A DNA stretch of 63,007 bases, the filler included, from Choristocarpus tenellus KU-1152 (taxonomy: Eukaryota > Protista > Phaeophyceae), in assembly GCA_964200185.2 (NCBI GenBank). It is 8 parts of 8 records of this genome, joined end to end, with 100 filler letters (N's around TTAATTAATTAA, not from the genome) between each part and the next. Parts side by side here need not be neighbours in the genome. Positions count along the whole stretch, not along the records: positions 56,834 to 59,975 come from CAXNAD020022019.1; positions 60,076 to 63,007 come from CAXNAD020023563.1; 6 more parts are not named here. One strand, written 5' to 3'. Both the position numbers and the translations under genes were made by a program. The notes beneath the pieces were generated by a model. The model was not told the DNA's origin and did no database searches. It saw only the letters and a list, made by a program, of their open reading frames with translations. Positions 57,305-63,007 of the stretch are shown here, piece after piece (the first letter of the stretch is position 1; every line of letters starts with the position of its first letter).

Positions 57305-59111
57305 CTCTGTTCTTCGCATCTTCTCCTCCACCTCTGCAACTCTCGCCTGTGCATGGGCCACCGTAGCCTTCCGAGAAGCAGCTAGCTCGTGACACATTGG
57401 CATCACTGGACTCGCACTGCTCCCACTCCTCCACGATAACATCGACAATGTCATCGCCTTATCCCCCCCTTCCCCTTCCCCCTCCCCCTCCCCCCCTCCC
57501 GCCCCCCCCTTCAGCTTCAAACCCAAGCTACCTGGGGCGACACCATCCCATGAAGTGCTTTGCGGGCCAATCGAAATCGACCTGTTTAAAGAAGTTATAT
57601 CTCGTGTTCCTGACCATCCTGCCCTAGACGGAGCAAGCCACCACCCTCCCCCCGAAAGAGACCTTGAAAAGCTCGAACCAGTCTTTCCTACTGAGCCAAA
57701 GGATCTCCTCCGCCGCCAATCTGTTTGTTCCTTTGCTGTTATCCCTTCCCCATCACTGCTTCTGCATTCGCCACCTGATGGAACACCGCTCACCTTCGAA
57801 GGCGGTTGGAGGTCATGGTCTTTGGGGGACATTGTTGTCGGAGGCAATGCTGGCAAGGCTCCCCCCCCCCCTCCATTCGAAAGAGCAATGGATGCTTTTC
57901 CTTGTGGGTCGTGACCGACCTCGGCACACGGCTGCTTGACCCCAATTGATTGATTTTGATTGATGGCATCCACTACCATCACAGACAGTCGGGGGGGGAT
58001 GGGGGGGACATGTAGGTTTTGTCTTCAGTTACAAGGAATTAAAAAAAACAACTGCATCAATCAAAAATATTGAGGAGATTTTTCTTAGTGGGTTGAGTCA
58101 ATATCAAAGACGATTAACCTAAACTATCGAACACGCACACACATATATATTATTATTATTATTAAAAAATACAAAATCACATTCAATTTCTTTTCAAACT
58201 AACACAGGCTGAACTCTGAACTCTTCACCCAGCAAACCTGGAACCAGTCCATGCCCCCAATGTGCAGAGTGAGTGCGTACTCTAAAGATTAAAACATGCT
58301 GACATAACAACGAATCGACAAACGCCCAGCAACTACACTAAAAAAAAAAAGATCCCAAGTGAACAAACTACGACCCCAAATGCTTTACCCGAGACTGCTA
58401 ACCCAAGTATACATTCTGTATAGAAGGGAAAATACATTCTGTATCACACACTTCAACGTGGGAGGAGGGGTGGTGACTGGCATCAATCACCCTGTAACAA
58501 ACACTCAACAGCATACAACGGAAAAATCGTATCCAACCTGTACAGAATGATGTATCTGGGAAGTCACATGCGCAGCAAACAACCCCTTAAACCAAAAATG
58601 GCATGTAATAGACCTAGAACAAAAAGCAACATATGTATCAATGAGAGTGACATACATGTCCCCTTTAACCAACAGCCAATAGAAAGCATTTCCTCAAATA
58701 CACACACACACACACAAATAACCACTATTCAACATTAATATCAGCATCAGTCTGAATTTCAATGTCACAGGCACATAAATAAATGTACTTAACTACATTG
58801 ATATAGCCCCCCCCCCCCCCCCCCCCCCCCACAAAAAAACAAAACCAACCCCNNNNNNNNNNACTCTCCGCTGTAATTTAAAACTCACAGCCCAACAAAA
58901 AAATACCTAGAATTACATTGAAATAGCCCCCCCCCCCCCCCCCCACCGACAAAAACGTACCCGAAACACCATCAGAAAAATGTTCTGAGCATATTGTCGT
59001 AACAACACCTCTTCCATTGGACACCAGTCCTGAGCTGTCGTAACTCTGACTGAGCTCCTTCCGGGCAGTGAGTGGCATCATCAACGCAGGGGAAGGTTCG
59101 CCATCGTCCTG
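57305..59111 (-). CDS. Exons of an unidentified low-complexity Gly/Ser-rich protein
   Basis: Long GC-rich open frame inside ORF 57182-57982 ending ...VAEVEEKMRRTE followed by a GTGAGA donor at 57304, plus an AG/GT-bounded block ~59009-59108 (DDGEPSPALMMPLTARKELSQSYDSSG). No domain recognised. Confidence 0.45.
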
Positions 59112-61297
59112 TAGAGGTAGATGCAACAGGTGATTGATTTGAGACCCCAACCAAATGCGGGTAGGGTGACGCAAACATCAGACTGAGGAAGCAAGCAGCG
59201 GTTCAAATTCAAGCCCTTTCGGGGTTGCATAGGGTTAGGGTTAGGGTTACTGATGAAACTTCCAAAAAAAAAATCCTCTATCTCAGCCAACTTGAGATCG
59301 GAGATCGGAGGGGGAGTATGACAGCAGACCCTCACTCCACACCTTGCAGAGGACACACACCAAACAACAACTCACCCCCTCACAGAGTCAAGGCAAATTT
59401 CAAGCGTGACTTATCTACTTATATATATATATGTATGTAGATAAACATTTGTATTTTTCCCCATATATTTATATATATACATATTTTCAGTTAACTTTTG
59501 TACAGGATTGATTGTCCTCTAGTAAATGTTCTCGTATTATCTATAACCCTAACCCTATCATCAAGGGTGATAAGTCACCTTTATCATATTTAGTGGCGTG
59601 AGAGGTTGGAGATGGAATCAATACATCTCATTCCGATAAACACTTGACTACCATACCCAACCACCTTCACAAGAGGTTCCATTCACAAGAGGTTCCACCC
59701 ACACCGCTCTGGTTTCCAGATACTCTTGGAAGGTCTAATAGATCTCTCAACTACACCAACAGTCCAGTCAATGTGGGCAGGTCCACATCCTTTCACTCTC
59801 AACACGGTCCCCCCTCACCCTGACCCTCTCCCCCTTAGCCAAAAGAAAAAGAACCCCCCCTCTTCCCCCTCCCCCAGAGGAAACACCCACCAGACTCCTG
59901 ACGATCTTTGTGCCCGTATCCAGCGATAAAGATCTCTCAGAGCTCCGACCACCCCCCCCCTCCCCAGGCACCTGCNNNNNNNNNNNNNNNNNNNNNNNNN
60001 NNNNNNNNNNNNNNNNNNNTTAATTAATTAANNNNNNNNNNNNNNNNNNNNNNNNNNNNNNNNNNNNNNNNNNNNTTTTCCAGCTACACAGAAGATTACA
60101 GAGGCGTCTCTGGGCTCTGTGGGCGGAGGTGGCATTGCCTCAGGGCAAGGGGTTGCGGGGAAGGGGAGCAGTACATTGTTGAGGAGGGAGGGGGAGTGGC
60201 ATTCGCTGGTGGTGGAGTCGGGAGGTGCGGTGATGGAGGGCAGTGTTACGCCTTTGATATTTGGTGATGGAGGGGATGATGAGAGGTACGTAGTATGCAC
60301 TCTGGGTTGTGTTACTGAGAAGGGAGGGGGGAGGATGGAGGGAAGGGAAGGGAAAGGAAGGGAAGGGAAGGGAAGGGAAGTATCTTGATTAGTGAAAGGT
60401 AAGAACATGATAATAGTACTGCATTATTTGTCTTTAAGGTACAGAACGCCTTCCATTCTTGTCCTCTTTGAACCTCAGTACTTGTTGACAAATTGATACC
60501 GCATGCATGTATACATGTACTTGATACAGTATGGCACCATATGGTCCAACACTGTTATAATAGTAGGTGTTGAGATGGATAGGGTTAGGGTCTGTGCTGT
60601 AACTGCTCGGGTATCGTGATCACTGACTGCTAAAATATGCGAGATGGAGTACTACTGCATTGTATTTTTTTTATTGCAGTTATTACATTATAGTGTTTAC
60701 AATACACATTCGACTTTCCTTTTTTTCTTTTTTTTGAGTTTGTTTGGAACGTTCAAGAGTTTGTGCTCACTTTAGTGCTTGGAATGTGTTATGTTCTTGT
60801 CCACAGCCTCCTAAATACCTTACTGTATGTACACCAGTGGGTAAAAAAAATAGGCAAGTGATTTTTTTTGTTCTTGTTTGGGGTCATACTCTCTCGTGCG
60901 TCTCCGTGGTTTTGAAAGTTTCAGAACTTCTTTGTTCAAATCCTTTTAATTTTCTGTATTTTTTTCTTCTTAGTTCGATTTATGAACCCTTTCAAAAAAG
61001 TTATGTTTTATATTGGAGGGTTGACTGGAGGTAGGTCGGAGATTGAAGTGTGCATTTTACCGTAAGGTAATATATTCTGTAGTATATTGTAAGAGAAACA
61101 ATTGCGAATTATGTTTTTTATTATAATAGTCTCTTTTTTTATTACCGATTTTCGAAGAAAAAGTATCGTGTAAAGACTACTGTTCTAGAGTTTCTGGAAG
61201 CAACTAACTACATTGTGGGAGTGTTGGACGTGATTCCATGTACACTGTGTAATGTAAGACTGGTGGTGGATTTTTCTAAAATTACAAGAAAAGATAT

Positions 61298-61377
61298 TGA
61301 CCAGGGTGGGATTCGAACCCACGCGTTTGCACACTGCGGCCTTAACACAGCTCCTTAGACCGCTCGGACACCTGGTC
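61298..61377 (-). tRNA. tRNA-Leu (anticodon AAG)
   Basis: GACCAGG/CCTGGTC-A acceptor stem, D arm TGTCCGAGCGGTCTAAGGA, anticodon arm CTGTG-TTAAGGC-CGCAG, long variable arm, T arm GTGGG-TTCGAAT-CCCAC, and a downstream TTTT Pol III terminator. Confidence 0.95.
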
Positions 61378-61471
61378 AGTGATGTAATGATATCGTCGAA
61401 GGATTGTCTTATAAAAAGGGATGTTTTGTTTGGCTGATTTTCTTTTTTAATTGTTGATTTTGTTGTTGAAG

Positions 61472-62832
61472 ATGGAGTCATACCTTGCACCCGCCCACAG
61501 AGGATCGTCCGTACATTATTATTTCTTTTATTTTTCTCTTGCTTAGTGCTCTAGATCACTGCGGAGTGCTCCATACTACTAATTCTTGATGTACCCTCAG
61601 ATTTTTCCAGGTCAAGGTTGACAGTACTTTTTTGTGTGACCTTTGCCGTATCTCCCTTGATGCTGTTGATAAACATTGAAATCTGTGACCCTTTGTAGGC
61701 CCAGTCTTCATGGGTGAAAGATTTGGGTCGAAATATTGGTATAAGAATTGTGTCGGTTACAACTTCATGAAACTGAAAGGTTTGAAATGGATTGGATGTG
61801 ATTCACATTCTAATTGTTCAGCTGTATTTGAACTTTCAATAGAGACTAACAGGACTATTTTGGGTTAGGGTTAGGGTTGGCTTAGGAAAATTCAAATTTA
61901 TTCGACCAATGAGAAGACTGAACGAGTATCTTTCATATTTTATTTAAACCCTTTGGATTTCACATTGTTGCAGTTGTCTACTCTATAATTGTCTGGATTT
62001 TTTCCCCTTCAAGAAAAGCCCTTACAATCATAACACCAGATCTGATTTATGGTATTTAATAATACTTGAAGTGGCTCTATTGCATGGTGTTTTTATGTAC
62101 TTATGTATGATACTGTACCTCTTCGAGAACAATGATGCTTCTTTTTATCCTTTCAGTCAAGCAAACAACATAGGTGCATACATATATCAAAATACATACG
62201 TACACAATACATACATAAGTACATACATGAATGAGCCAAGTCAATTGAGAGATAGACAGGGTTGTATTTCAAGGATCAAGTCAATTGAGAGATAAAGGGA
62301 AAAACTATACCGTTTTGTGTGACTGACATGCCATTGCAGGAAGACCCTTCGAATATCAGCAGTGTGACTTTGTGCGTGTAAAAGGGGGGGATATCAACAC
62401 TATGCATGCACTATTCTGAACGTAAATTCGACTTAGAATGCAATGGAAATCAACACTTTGCAATGGAATCGAGGGTAAGAAATTCGACTTAGAATGCAAA
62501 AGGGTCCAAACCTGACTACCTCTCAACTGGTTTGGCTCATGTACAGACATGCAGACATACCCACACACCACTGTGCCCAACACCCCCACTCCCATGCAAC
62601 ACCCTCAGGATAAAGATCAATCGCAGGTGGGCTGTGGCTAGGTTTGAGACCCAGGCTGCCGCGATTGCCTCAGACTTCTCTCGTCTGGGTATCATGCCCC
62701 CCCCTGGGGTTTCCATGGCCTACTCCATGCAACCCTTGGAAGGCCAAGGGAGTCTTCCATCAACACTTGAGTCTTCACCCACTGTCCCACCTAGTCATTC
62801 AGGGAACCTTAGATCAGAGCTGGTAATGGAGG
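61472..62832 (+). CDS. Possible 5' exons of an unidentified gene divergent from the tRNA
   Basis: Candidate exons ~61472-61510 (MESYLAPAHRGSS), ~61555-61610 (ITAECSILLILDVPSDFSR) and ~62627-62831 (WAVARFETQAAAIASDFSRLGIMPPPG...) can be joined in phase by GT-AG. No homolog recognised. Confidence 0.3.
62233..62538. mobile_element. MITE-like element (family F)
   Basis: Imperfect ~28-bp TIR gagccaagtcaattgagagatag / ctacctctcaactggtttggctc, with an internal duplication of aaattcgacttagaatgcaa. Confidence 0.6.
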
Positions 62833-63007
62833 TTACATTTATTGAGTGCTCCAGTATGGTGAAATATTCCAACATTTCTTGGACTGGTGGGAAATGCCAG
62901 GTGAAGGGAAGAGGGGTTGAGGGGAGGGGGGGGGGGGCCATTCTCTGTGTCGCATCGGGGTCGTTTTGGTAGGGCGGAAGTGGGAAGGGTGGCGGGCGTG
63001 TGGAGTG

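Noticed and set aside
61699-61738. Another TGA-containing exon (PSLHG*KIWVEIL) in the last contig
   Set aside because: An earlier GT donor or skipping the block keeps the frame without a stop, so it is not evidence for recoding.
59231-61877. Chromosome end or true telomere
   Set aside because: Only 2-3 TTAGGG units per site, internal, and in both orientations.

Overview
Eukaryotic, intron-rich nuclear DNA, not prokaryotic. The window is eight separate contigs joined by an artificial 100-nt linker (44 N + TTAATTAATTAA + 44 N), so adjacency across linkers means nothing. Genes reconstructed by hand from spliced exons: a complete two-exon C9orf85/DUF2039-like gene, the 3' part of a protein O-fucosyltransferase-like gene (one GC-AG intron), part of a KDM5/JARID-type JmjC demethylase, the 3' part of EMG1/NEP1, 18 exons of an axonemal dynein heavy chain, and tRNA-Leu(AAG). 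Mobile DNA: decayed Ty1/copia, decayed CRE-like non-LTR element, decayed DD39D mariner-like transposase, more than 25 full or partial MITEs of several families with related termini and 3-bp TSDs, and a ~3.2-kb degenerate ~127-bp satellite. TTAGGG repeats, flagellar dynein and the TE set suggest a stramenopile such as an early-branching brown alga (inference only). The most unusual signal is a minus-strand multi-exon gene-like region (266-7679). Two phase-consistent exon chains there (~596 codons) hold 15 in-frame TGA and no TAA, TAG or frameshift. This is most simply a CpG-decayed pseudogene, but UGA recoding or U-to-C editing is not excluded. Telomeric repeats also recur at the same sub-terminal motif of independent MITE copies. 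All coordinates were read manually, and no database searches were run.
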